A stretch of 64,000 bases of DNA from Acidimicrobiia bacterium (GTDB taxonomy: Bacteria > Actinomycetota > Acidimicrobiia > Spongiisociales > ZC4RG35): assembly GCA_036525795.1 (NCBI GenBank), contig DATCZS010000123.1, forward strand, positions 10,717 through 74,716, read 5' to 3'. Under the pieces are notes generated by a model, which worked only from the letters and a program-made list of their open reading frames with translations, was not told the DNA's origin and ran no database searches. A program made the translations under genes and the position numbers. Of the stretch, positions 29,408 to 38,664 are shown piece by piece. Numbering within the stretch: position 1 is the first letter of the stretch; each line of letters opens with the position of its first letter.

Positions 29408-30235
29408 ATGGACATGACCCCAGAAGACTCGGGGAGGCCCCGAAGCGAACTCCCGTCGGCAATCTCGTCATTCGGGGAGATTGCCGCTCGACTGCGAGGC
29501 GCCACCCCGGCGGTGTTCCTCGACTACGACGGCGTGCTGACCCCCATCGTCGCCCACCCCGATCTGGCGGTGATCCCCCCATCCATGCGCGACACGGTGA
29601 CCCGGCTCGCCACCCGGGTCACCGTCGCCGTGATCAGCGGACGAGACACCGAAGACGTACGGGCGAAGGTCGGGGTGGCGGGTGTCTACTACGCCGGGAG
29701 CCACGGCTTCGACATCGTCGATCCAGGGGGCCGCCCGGTGGGCGGCCTCGACCGCTTCAACCGGTACCTCGCCCCCCTGGGGGCGGCCGCAGACGCCATC
29801 GAGGACGCCACGCCGCAGTACCCCGGCACCCACGTCGAGCGCAAGCGATTCGCGGTGGCAGTCCACTTCCGGCAGGCGGATCCTGCGGCAGGGCCGGAGC
29901 TGGAGAAGCTCGTCCGCCAGGTGGCGCGCCGTACCCCGGGACTGACGGTCACCGGGGGGAAGAAGATCTTCGAGGTGCGGCCAGATGTCGACTGGGACAA
30001 GGGCCGAGCCCTCGTGTGGCTCCTCCGCGAACTGGACATGGATCGGCCCGATGTCATCCCCGTGTACCTGGGTGACGACGTCACCGACGAGGACGCCTTC
30101 CGGGCGATCCGCGCCTCGGGGATCGGAATCGTCGTCGGCCACGACGGGCCGCCGAGTCTCGCCCGGTACCGCCTCGACGACACGGCTGCCGTCGAGAGGT
30201 TGCTCACCCTCCTCCACGACGAGGCGGCTCCATGA
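29408..30235 (+). CDS. otsB: Trehalose-6-phosphate phosphatase
   Basis: HAD motif FLDYDGVLTPI and the overall OtsB layout. Confidence 0.75.
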   Translation: MDMTPEDSGRPRSELPSAISSFGEIAARLRGATPAVFLDYDGVLTPIVAHPDLAVIPPSMRDTVTRLATRVTVAVISGRDTEDVRAKVGVAGVYYAGSHGFDIVDPGGRPVGGLDRFNRYLAPLGAAADAIEDATPQYPGTHVERKRFAVAVHFRQADPAAGPELEKLVRQVARRTPGLTVTGGKKIFEVRPDVDWDKGRALVWLLRELDMDRPDVIPVYLGDDVTDEDAFRAIRASGIGIVVGHDGPPSLARYRLDDTAAVERLLTLLHDEAAP

Positions 30236-30265
30236 GCCGCCAGATGCCGGCCCGCCGGGCCCGCC

Positions 30266-32584
30266 TCAGAGCGCCATCCCCGCCTCCCGCAGCGCCCGCC
30301 ACACCCGCTCGGCGGTGAAGGGGGTCTCGGTCAGCCACACTCCGGTTGCGTCGTGGACGGCGTTGGCGATGGTGGGAATCGGGGCGTTGATGCCGATCTC
30401 GGAAATCGACTTCGCCCCCATCGGGCCGGTCGGCTCGAACGACTCGACGAGGACCACCCGCAGCGGGGGCATGTCGACGGTGCTGGGGATCTTGTACCGG
30501 GCGAAATCGGGCGTTCGGCACCGGCCGCTGTCGGTGAACACCATCTCCTCCATCAGGGCATAGCCGATCCCGTTGGCGATCGCCCCTTCCACCTGACCCT
30601 CGGCCAGGCGGGGGTTCACCGCCGTCCCGCAGTCGACCGCCGCCACGAAGTCGGCGATCTCCAGCCTGCCGGTGCGCAGGTCCACCCCCACCTCGGCGAA
30701 GCTCGCCAGGAACGGCGGCGGCGACAGTTCGGGCAGGAACGACGCCATCGCCCCGATCTGGCGCTGGTCCTCGCCGTACAGGCTGCGCAGCGCCACCTCC
30801 GAGAGGGTGACGCTCTCCCCCTCGGGGATCCCCACCCGCTCGTCGACCAGCTCGAGGTCTGCGGGATCGGCCTCCAGCATCGCCGCGGCCGCCTCCCTGA
30901 TCTGGACGGCGACCTGGCGCGCCGCCCGCTCGACCGCCATCCCCGAGACGTAGGTCGTCGACGAGGCGTATGCCCCGGTGTCGAACGGCGTCAGGTCGGT
31001 GTCGGATGACAGCACCACGATCTTCTCCAGCGGCACCCCCAGGACCTCGGCGGCGATCTGGGCCAGGATCGTGTCCGAACCGGTCCCGAGATCGGTGGCA
31101 CCGACCGCAAGGTTGAAGGAGCCGTCGTCGTTCATCTTGAGGTTCGCCGACCCCATGTCGATCATCGGGATCCCCGACCCCTGCATGTGGATCGACATCC
31201 CGACCCCGTACACGACGTCGCCCTCCCGCCGCCTGCTCCCCCGCTTCGCCGACCAGCCGATGTGATCGGCCCCGACGCGGATGCACTCGTCGAGAACGCA
31301 GGAGGTGATGGTCTGATCGACGCCTTCCCGTCCTTCCCCGAGCGCCCGGAACATGGGCGAGGTCTCGCCGCTGCGCACGTGGTTGATCCGCCGCAGCTCC
31401 AGGGCGTCCATCCCGATCGCTTCGGCCAGGCGGTCGATCGCCGTCTCGAGCGGGAAGTACCCCTGGGTGGCCCCGTACCCGCGATAAGCGCCGCCCACCG
31501 GGAGGTTGGTGTACACGGCCTCGCCCCAGAACCGGACGTGGGCCGCCTTGTTGTACAGGGGGAGCGTCTTCGAACCGACGTTGGACAGAACGGTCAGGGC
31601 GTGGGTGCCGTAGGCGCCGGTGTTGGACAGCACGTCCATGCCGATGGCGTTGATCTTCCCGTCGCGCGTGGCTCCGAGCCGGACCCTGATCCGCATGGGA
31701 TGGCGCGTCCGCGACGACACGAACTCCTCTTCCCGGTCGAACTCGAGCACGGCGGGACGTCCCGTGCGATGGGTCACCATCGCCACCAGGTCCTCGATGA
31801 GGATCTCCTGTTTCACTCCGAAGCCCCCGCCGATGCGCGGCTTCACGACCCGAATCCGGTGGACCGGGACCTCGAGAAGGCCGGCGACGATCCGCCTCAC
31901 GTGGAAGGGAACCTGGGTCGACGACACGATGACGAGCCGCTCCTCGGTGTCGAGGTAGCTCGTGGCCACGTGGGTCTCGAGCGGAGCGTGCTGGCCGTAG
32001 TGGGTCTCGCAGGTGACGTCCACCACCGCGTCCGCCTCGGCCAGGCCGGTTTCGATGTCTCCCGAAGTGGCCACCACGTGTGACGCACAGTTCCGCTCGG
32101 CGGCCCACACGTCCAATGCGTCGGTCTCGTCGTGGATCACCGGGGCGCCGTCGGCGACGGCCTGGTCGATGGACAGCACCGGCTCGAGCATCTCGTACTC
32201 GACTTCGATCGCCTGACAGGCTTCGCGTGCCGTCTCCGGCGAGTCGGCGGCCACCGCCGCCACCCGGTCGCCTACGAAGCGCACCTTGGTGTCGAACATG
32301 CGGGCGTCATAAGGAGACGGCTCGGGATACCCCTGTCCGGCGGTGGTGTATCGCCTGGAGGGAGTGTTCATGTGCGTGAGCACCAGGGCCACACCCTGCA
32401 TCTCCTCGGCCGCCGACACGTCGATCGACCTGATGCGGGCGTGGGCGTGGGGGCTCCTCAGCAGCGCAACGTGGAGGAGGCCCTGGCGTTCGGTCATGTC
32501 TGCGACGAACACCGGCCGGCCGGTGGCCAGTGCCCGGCCGTCCACCCGGCGCTCGCTCTGGCCGACGACCGCGTACTTCCCCAT
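30266..32584 (-). CDS. Xanthine dehydrogenase-family molybdopterin-binding large subunit (set 1)
   Basis: GGGFGVK and AYRGYGATQ motifs. 772 aa starting MGKYAVVGQ, whose ATG overlaps the stop of the 2Fe-2S subunit gene. Confidence 0.85.
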   Translation of the reverse strand: MGKYAVVGQSERRVDGRALATGRPVFVADMTERQGLLHVALLRSPHAHARIRSIDVSAAEEMQGVALVLTHMNTPSRRYTTAGQGYPEPSPYDARMFDTKVRFVGDRVAAVAADSPETAREACQAIEVEYEMLEPVLSIDQAVADGAPVIHDETDALDVWAAERNCASHVVATSGDIETGLAEADAVVDVTCETHYGQHAPLETHVATSYLDTEERLVIVSSTQVPFHVRRIVAGLLEVPVHRIRVVKPRIGGGFGVKQEILIEDLVAMVTHRTGRPAVLEFDREEEFVSSRTRHPMRIRVRLGATRDGKINAIGMDVLSNTGAYGTHALTVLSNVGSKTLPLYNKAAHVRFWGEAVYTNLPVGGAYRGYGATQGYFPLETAIDRLAEAIGMDALELRRINHVRSGETSPMFRALGEGREGVDQTITSCVLDECIRVGADHIGWSAKRGSRRREGDVVYGVGMSIHMQGSGIPMIDMGSANLKMNDDGSFNLAVGATDLGTGSDTILAQIAAEVLGVPLEKIVVLSSDTDLTPFDTGAYASSTTYVSGMAVERAARQVAVQIREAAAAMLEADPADLELVDERVGIPEGESVTLSEVALRSLYGEDQRQIGAMASFLPELSPPPFLASFAEVGVDLRTGRLEIADFVAAVDCGTAVNPRLAEGQVEGAIANGIGYALMEEMVFTDSGRCRTPDFARYKIPSTVDMPPLRVVLVESFEPTGPMGAKSISEIGINAPIPTIANAVHDATGVWLTETPFTAERVWRALREAGMAL

Positions 32585-33054
32585 CAGGCCCCACCCCCTT
32601 CGATGCGTTCGGCGGCGAGAAGGACGCCCTCGACGATCTTGACGTAGCCGGTGCAGCGGCACAGGTTCCCGGCCAGAGCCTCTCGCACCTCGCGTTCGGT
32701 TGGATGTGGAACGCGATCGAGCAGCTCGGCCGCCGTCAGGATGATCCCGGGGGTGCAGAACCCGCATTGGATCCCGCCGGTGTCGAGCAGCGCCGACTGC
32801 AGCGGATGCAGCCCTTCGTCGCCCGCCAGTGATTCGACCGTCGTCACCCGGCGACCATCGACCTGGGCGGCGAACAGCAAACACGAGGTCACGGCCCGGC
32901 CGTCGACCAGCACCGCACACGTCCCGCAGTCGCCGTGGGCACACCCGTTCTTGACCCCGGCGAAGCCGCGCTCGCGCAACATCTCCATGAGCGTGGCACC
33001 CGGATGCACCTCGGCCTCGATGGCCAGTCCGTTGACCGTCAGCGAGATCCTCAT
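32584..33054 (-). CDS. Xanthine dehydrogenase-family (2Fe-2S)-binding small subunit (set 1)
   Basis: Plant-type ferredoxin Cys cluster CAHGDCGTC plus QCGFCTPG and CRCTGY. Confidence 0.88.
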   Translation of the reverse strand: MRISLTVNGLAIEAEVHPGATLMEMLRERGFAGVKNGCAHGDCGTCAVLVDGRAVTSCLLFAAQVDGRRVTTVESLAGDEGLHPLQSALLDTGGIQCGFCTPGIILTAAELLDRVPHPTEREVREALAGNLCRCTGYVKIVEGVLLAAERIEGGGA

Positions 33055-33896
33055 GCGCCACCTCCCAGCCGGTCCCTTGCCACCCTCAGGCACCGGTCGA
33101 CGAGGGTGACCGCCAGATGCGATCGGTATTCGGCCGAGGCGGTCCAGCTGGAATGGGTGGGGAGGTCGCCCGCCAGCCTGGCGGCATCCGCAATCGCCTC
33201 GTCGTCGAGGGTCGATCCGACCAGCCTGCCGGCGGCCTCGGCCAGCACCCGGGCGACACCGGGGCCGGCCCCGACGGCGAGCCTCGCCTCGTCGACGATG
33301 CCGTCGACGGCCCGCACGCGACAGGCCGTGTTGGCGAGGGCGTGGTCGAAACCCGAGCGCGAGAACCGCAGAAATGCGGCCACCTCCTCCGCCGGCGGAG
33401 GGAGGAACACGGCGGTGACGACGTGAAGCGTGTCGTGCACCGAGTCGTGGTAGTAGGAGTCGAGCGGCAGCCGGCGGGTCTGCCCGTCGAAGACCTCGAT
33501 CTCGGCATCGAGGGCCAGCAGGACGGGAACCACATCCGACAGGTACCCCCGGGCGAGATGACCGCCGATGGTTGCGGCGTTGCGCAACAGCGGCGATCCG
33601 ACCTGCACGAGCATCTCGGGGATCACCCCCGAGGCCATCCGGCGGAGCTCGGGGTGCTCGAGCATTCCGGTGAGCGTCGCCATCGCCCCGATCCGGATCG
33701 TTCCGTCGCTCTCGACGTCGATCCCCTCGATACCCAGATGCGACAGGTCCACCAGCACTCGCACCTCGGCCGGACAGTGGATCGTCAGGTCGGTGCCCCC
33801 TCCCACGAGCCTCACCTGAGGGCCTTCCTGCAGGAGATGCCACACCTGCATGATCCGGTCCGGGCGGTGGAAGGCGCGGATCTGACTCACCGGCAT
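33051..33896 (-). CDS. Xanthine dehydrogenase-family FAD-binding subunit (set 1)
   Basis: CoxM/XdhB-like FAD-binding domain (LVGGGTDL, AATIGG), 281 aa. Confidence 0.8.
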   Translation of the reverse strand: MPVSQIRAFHRPDRIMQVWHLLQEGPQVRLVGGGTDLTIHCPAEVRVLVDLSHLGIEGIDVESDGTIRIGAMATLTGMLEHPELRRMASGVIPEMLVQVGSPLLRNAATIGGHLARGYLSDVVPVLLALDAEIEVFDGQTRRLPLDSYYHDSVHDTLHVVTAVFLPPPAEEVAAFLRFSRSGFDHALANTACRVRAVDGIVDEARLAVGAGPGVARVLAEAAGRLVGSTLDDEAIADAARLAGDLPTHSSWTASAEYRSHLAVTLVDRCLRVARDRLGGGA

Positions 33897-33899
33897 CGT

Positions 33900-35387
33900 T
33901 CATCCTCCTCGCACACGCCGATTGAACTCGCCGATCAGATGGTCGATCTCGTCGACCTGACCCTGCACGGTGGTCCAGTAGTCGGGGTCGTGCCACTGGG
34001 CGTCGAGCTCGGCCGTCTCGCGCCCCTGCTGCTCGATCCACGTGAAGTACTTGAGATCGTGGATGCGTCTGCGGTCCCAGTGATCGAGCTCCCGCATGTG
34101 ATCCGTGCTCAGACCCATCACCCAACGACCATATGCCACCTCGGCATCGGTGGCGGTGAATTCCCCGCGGTCGGCGTTCATCTCGGCGAGCCTGCTCCGG
34201 TACATGTCGATGGAATCCGTCGCCATCGTCAGGACCACGTCGGTCGGGCCGAGCTCGAACCACCGTGCGAACTTGATGGCGCCGATCAGGTTGGCCACCG
34301 ACGAGATCCCCAGCTCGGGCAGCCGGGCGATCACCTCGTCGCCGACACCGTGACTCGCGAGGCACTCGACGCCGGCAGGCTCGTTGAACAGCCGGACCAG
34401 CGACATCGGACCTTCGTCGTCGATGGCGATCACGACGTCGGTGTTCTTGACGTTGTGGATCCAGGGCACGTGCTTGTCGCCGATGCCCTCGATCCGATGG
34501 TCGCCGTGTCCCGAATAGAGGAGGGTCGGACACTGGAGGGCCTCACCGGCGGCGATCAGCGATCCCGGCCAGCGTTGCTTGAGCCGGTCACCCGATCCGA
34601 TCGTGCCGGCCGAACCGGTCGTCAGCACCACCCCCCGGTAGCGGTCACCGGGGCGCATCGCCTCCTCGACCACCTCGATCATGGCGCTCCCCGTGACCTC
34701 GTAGTGCCACAGGTAGTTCCCCAGTTCGTCGAACTGGTTGAAGATCACGACGTCCTCCCCGGAGACCCGCATCCGGTTGCACTCGTCGAAGATCTCCTTC
34801 ACGTTGGACTCGGTGCCCGGGGTGGTCACGATCTCTCCCGCCACCGACTCGAGCCAGTCGAATCGCTCCCGGCTCATGCCTTCGGGAAGAATCGCGACGG
34901 ACTCGCACGCCAGCAGATTCGCGTCGTACGCCCCGCCCCGGCAGTAGTTGCCGGTCGACGGCCACACCGACTTCTGACTCGTCGGATCGAACTGCCCCGT
35001 CACGAGCCGGGGAACCAGACAGCCGAAGGCGGCGCCCACCTTGTGGGCGCCCGTGGGGAACCACTTGCCGACCAGGGTGATGATCCTCGCATCCACCCCG
35101 GTGAGAGAGGGGGGAAACTCGATGGTGTTGACCGGCCCGAACGCGCCGCCGGTGGCGACCGGCTCGTTGTGCCAGTTGATGCGGAACAGGTTGAGCGGAT
35201 CCAGATCCCACAAGCCCAGTCCACCCAGCCTCCCGGTCACCTCTGGCGGAATCGACGCGGGGTCGCGCATCTGCTCGAACGTCGGGACCACGATGTCGCG
35301 TTCGCCTGCCCGCCGGACGGCACGGTCGAGTGCGTCGGGTCTGATCGTCAGGTCGATCCCCCGGTTCCATCGGGCGGCGGCGGTCAT
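33900..35387 (-). CDS. PLP-dependent fold-type II enzyme (Trp-synthase-beta-like, GAHK lysine motif), specificity unknown
   Basis: 495 aa. PTGAHKVGAAF resembles the TrpB HTGAHK PLP-lysine region, and a Gly-rich GSAGTIGSG loop is present. Its ATG overlaps the stop of the upstream threonine-synthase-like gene. Confidence 0.6.
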   Translation of the reverse strand: MTAAARWNRGIDLTIRPDALDRAVRRAGERDIVVPTFEQMRDPASIPPEVTGRLGGLGLWDLDPLNLFRINWHNEPVATGGAFGPVNTIEFPPSLTGVDARIITLVGKWFPTGAHKVGAAFGCLVPRLVTGQFDPTSQKSVWPSTGNYCRGGAYDANLLACESVAILPEGMSRERFDWLESVAGEIVTTPGTESNVKEIFDECNRMRVSGEDVVIFNQFDELGNYLWHYEVTGSAMIEVVEEAMRPGDRYRGVVLTTGSAGTIGSGDRLKQRWPGSLIAAGEALQCPTLLYSGHGDHRIEGIGDKHVPWIHNVKNTDVVIAIDDEGPMSLVRLFNEPAGVECLASHGVGDEVIARLPELGISSVANLIGAIKFARWFELGPTDVVLTMATDSIDMYRSRLAEMNADRGEFTATDAEVAYGRWVMGLSTDHMRELDHWDRRRIHDLKYFTWIEQQGRETAELDAQWHDPDYWTTVQGQVDEIDHLIGEFNRRVRGG

Positions 35388-36655
35388 GGGTGTCCTCCTG
35401 TCGTCGTTCCGAACACCGCCTCCACCGCGTCGAGGCGGGGACTCACGTGGTGGGCGACGTCTCCGGCGGCCTCCACTGCCCGGATCGCGGCGGGAACGTC
35501 CTTGAGTCCGGTGCCGGTGCTGACCAGCACGATGCGGTCGCGATTCAACACGAGCCCCATTGCGGCCGCCCGCACCAGCCCGGCGTATGCCGCCGCCGCG
35601 GCCGGCTCGGCGAACACCCCCGAGGCCCTGGCCAGGAGCGGGATGGAGGCAAGGATCTCCTCGTCGGTGACCGTGACGAACGCCCCGTCGGTGTCGTGCA
35701 CCGCCCGCATCGCCTTGAGCCGGTCCCTCGGCAGCCCGGCCGAGATCGAGTCGGCGACCGTGTGGGCGGCGATCGCCGGTTTGGTGAGGACGTCCTCTCC
35801 CCGGCGCCACGCCTCGGCGAGGAACGCCGAGCCCTCTGCCTGCACGCCGATCAGCCGGGGGACGTGGGTGATCCATCCCAGGGCGACGAGGTCGCGAAAG
35901 CCCTTGTGCAGGCCGCCGATGATGCACCCGTCCCCCACGGAGACGAAGACCACGTCGGGTGCCTGCCAGCCGAGTTGCTCGACGATCTCCACCGCCGCCG
36001 TCTTCTTGCCCTCCGACATGTACGGGTTGAAGCCGGTCGTGCGGTTGTACCACCCGAAGCGGTCCGCCGCCTGGAGGCACAGCTCCACCGCGTCGTCGTA
36101 CGAGCCGTCCACGAGCAGCACGGTCGAGCCGTATGCCAGCAGTTGCGCCACCTTGGCCTGGGGGGCGTCCGCCGGAACGAAGATCACGTTGGGTTGCTTC
36201 ACGGAGGCGCACACCCCGGCGAGGGCGGCTGCGGCGTTCCCGGTGGAAGCGGTCGTGACGACCGACGCGCCCCGTTCGGTGGCCTTCACCACCGCCACGG
36301 CACTCGCCCGGTCCTTGAGCGACCCCGTGGGCTGGACTCCCTCGTCCTTGACCCACACGTCCCGGAGACCGAGGCTCGCTGCGAGCCTCGGCGTCTCGTA
36401 CAGGGGAGTCCACCCGACCCTGAGCGGAGGCACCGCAGAGGCCTGTCCGATGGGCAGCAGAGCCCGGTACCGCCACATCGACTCGATCCCCGATTGCGCC
36501 ACTCCGCCGCGGCTGAAGCCTGACTCGATGCGGTCGTAGTCGTAGGCCACGTCGAGGGTCCCGTCTGCGCCGTGGTCGGGACACACGTAGTCCACTTCAT
36601 CTGCGGCGTAGCGCGATCCGCAGATCATGCAGTCGAGCCCCAGCACGTGGTTCAT
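35384..36655 (-). CDS. Threonine synthase-like PLP enzyme with an N-terminal Zn-ribbon
   Basis: CxxC...C N-terminus (CMICGSRYAADEVDYVCPDHG) and a SLKDR PLP-lysine motif. 423 aa after trimming to MNHVLG. Confidence 0.7.
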   Translation of the reverse strand: MNHVLGLDCMICGSRYAADEVDYVCPDHGADGTLDVAYDYDRIESGFSRGGVAQSGIESMWRYRALLPIGQASAVPPLRVGWTPLYETPRLAASLGLRDVWVKDEGVQPTGSLKDRASAVAVVKATERGASVVTTASTGNAAAALAGVCASVKQPNVIFVPADAPQAKVAQLLAYGSTVLLVDGSYDDAVELCLQAADRFGWYNRTTGFNPYMSEGKKTAAVEIVEQLGWQAPDVVFVSVGDGCIIGGLHKGFRDLVALGWITHVPRLIGVQAEGSAFLAEAWRRGEDVLTKPAIAAHTVADSISAGLPRDRLKAMRAVHDTDGAFVTVTDEEILASIPLLARASGVFAEPAAAAAYAGLVRAAAMGLVLNRDRIVLVSTGTGLKDVPAAIRAVEAAGDVAHHVSPRLDAVEAVFGTTTGGHP

Positions 36656-36674
36656 GCCGGCTCCTTCGCCCGTC

Positions 36675-37622
36675 TCATGGCGTGATCCGCGTCCCGGTGT
36701 GGCCGGCCAGGGCTCTGTCGATCTGATCGGGACTGGTGATGATGGCCTGAGACCCCCCGCCTTCCAGGAAGTCGACGACCGCCTCGATCTTGGGGGCCAT
36801 GCTTCCCGGACGGAAGTGCCGCCCTTCCGCCAGGCGACGCTTCGCCTCGTCGAGGGTGAGGTGGTCGACCCACCGCTGATCGGGGGTCCCGAAGTCGAGC
36901 GCAACGCGTTCCACCGAGGTCGAGATCAACAGGAGGTCTGCGGCGATCTCCCTGGCGAGCAAGGCAGAGGCCCGGTCTTTGTCGATCACGGCCGGAACTC
37001 CCCGCAGGTTGCCTGCCCCGTCGGACACGACCGGAATGCCGCCGCCCCCACAGGCGATCACCACGAACCCGCCGTCGAGAAGGAACCGGATCGCCTCGAT
37101 CTCCACGATTCTCATCGGCAGCGGAGATGCGACCACGCGCCGCCATCCCCGCCCCGCGTCCTCCACCACCTCCCAGCCGTCCATCCGGGCCCTCGTCTCG
37201 GCCTCTTGGGCCGTCAGGAACGAGCCGATCGGCTTGGACGGCAGACGGAAGGCCGGATCGTCCGGGTCGACCTCCACCTGGGTGACGACGGTGACGGCCT
37301 CCTTGGCGATGCCAAGACGCCGAAAGTCACCGACCAGGTTCTGCTGAAGCAGATAGCCGATCGCCCCTTGTGTGTCCGCCCCGCACACGTCGAGCGGCAC
37401 CTCGTGCAGCTCGTTGCGCGCCAGTTCCGAGCGGCGCAGGATGAATCCGATCTGGGGCCCGTTGCCGTGGGTGATCACCACCTCACATCCGTGGGCAACG
37501 AGATTGGCGATGTGATGATCCGTCTCGGCCGCGGCCAGGTACTGGTCCTCGACCGTCTGGTGCTCCGGATCGGTGATGAGGCTGTTGCCTCCGATCGCCA
37601 CCACCACCCGCTGATGTTCCAT
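36675..37622 (-). CDS. arcC: Carbamate kinase
   Basis: MEHQRVVVAIGGN N-terminus and an amino-acid-kinase fold of 315 aa with GGGGIPVV. Confidence 0.85.
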   Translation of the reverse strand: MEHQRVVVAIGGNSLITDPEHQTVEDQYLAAAETDHHIANLVAHGCEVVITHGNGPQIGFILRRSELARNELHEVPLDVCGADTQGAIGYLLQQNLVGDFRRLGIAKEAVTVVTQVEVDPDDPAFRLPSKPIGSFLTAQEAETRARMDGWEVVEDAGRGWRRVVASPLPMRIVEIEAIRFLLDGGFVVIACGGGGIPVVSDGAGNLRGVPAVIDKDRASALLAREIAADLLLISTSVERVALDFGTPDQRWVDHLTLDEAKRRLAEGRHFRPGSMAPKIEAVVDFLEGGGSQAIITSPDQIDRALAGHTGTRITP

Positions 37623-37681
37623 CTCCTCGCTCGCTCCCTCCTCTTCTCCGACACCCGACACCGCCCGCCTCCGGAGCGGGC

Positions 37682-38656
37682 TCACATGGTGAGGGCCATC
37701 ACGGCCTTCTGGACGTGGAGGCGGTTCTCCGCCTGGTCGTAGACGGCGCTCTGCGGGCCGTCGATCACGGTGTCGGTCACCTCGATGTTGCGGTCGGCGG
37801 GCAGCGGGTGCATGTAGATCGCGCCCGGGTCGGCCAGCGCCATCCGCTCCGTGTCGGTGATCCAGTCCTGGTATCTCGCACCGATCGCGGCGGACTCGGC
37901 CTCGTCGGCGGTGGCGAGCATCGCTCCCCACGACTTGGCGTAGACGACGTCTGCGCCCCGCATCCCCGCTGCGAAGTCCTCCACGACCTCGAACCCCCCT
38001 CCTGCCCGTTTGGCGTTCTCGGCCGCCTGATCCATGACGTCGTCCATGAGCGCGAACTCGGGAGGCCGGGTGAGGCGCACATCCATTCCGAACCGCGTGG
38101 CGAGGAGGATCAGGCTCTGCGGCACCGAGAGCGGCTTCTGGTAGCTGGAGGCGTACGCATAGCTGACGTCCAGCGTCACCCGGCGGGGATCCCCCTTCTT
38201 CTCGATGATCGTCATCAGGTCGGCCAGCGCCTGGAACGGATGGAACCAATCGCACTGCATGTTGAGGACCGGGACGCGCGACGCCGCCGCCACGTCCCGG
38301 ATGTACCCGTTTCCCACCCCCCAGTCGACCTGTCGTATGGCGATGCCGTCGTTGTAACGGCCGAGGATCTCTCCGATCTCCTTGGCGGTGTCGCCATGAG
38401 CGATCTGGGTCGTCTTCGACTCGATGAACTGGGCGTGACCGCCCAGCTGTGCCATGCCCGCCTCGAAGCTGGCCCTCGTCCGCGTCGACGAGAAGAAGAA
38501 CAGCATTGCGAGCACCTTGTCACGAAGGATCGGGTGGGCCTCGCCGAGAGCCCTCCGGCGCTTGAGATCGAATGCCACCTCCAGAACCGAGTCGAGCTCG
38601 TCCTTGGTCCACTCCTGGGTGGTGATCATGTCGCGCCCGCGCAAGCCGGTCTGCAT
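37682..38656 (-). CDS. YgeW-type carbamoyltransferase (unknown-substrate branch of the OTC/ATC superfamily)
   Basis: STRTR, HPFQ and HPLP motifs. Extended identity to E. coli YgeW segments from memory (SYQKPLSVPQ...TRFGMDV, VVYAKSWG, YMHPLPAD). Confidence 0.75.
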   Translation of the reverse strand: MQTGLRGRDMITTQEWTKDELDSVLEVAFDLKRRRALGEAHPILRDKVLAMLFFFSSTRTRASFEAGMAQLGGHAQFIESKTTQIAHGDTAKEIGEILGRYNDGIAIRQVDWGVGNGYIRDVAAASRVPVLNMQCDWFHPFQALADLMTIIEKKGDPRRVTLDVSYAYASSYQKPLSVPQSLILLATRFGMDVRLTRPPEFALMDDVMDQAAENAKRAGGGFEVVEDFAAGMRGADVVYAKSWGAMLATADEAESAAIGARYQDWITDTERMALADPGAIYMHPLPADRNIEVTDTVIDGPQSAVYDQAENRLHVQKAVMALTM

Positions 38657-38664
38657 CGCTCACC

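Noticed and set aside
35384-36655. Calling the threonine-synthase-like gene simply thrC
   Set aside because: I left it as threonine-synthase-like because it sits in a catabolic, translationally coupled context with another PLP enzyme and carbamate kinase. The housekeeping role cannot be decided from this window.
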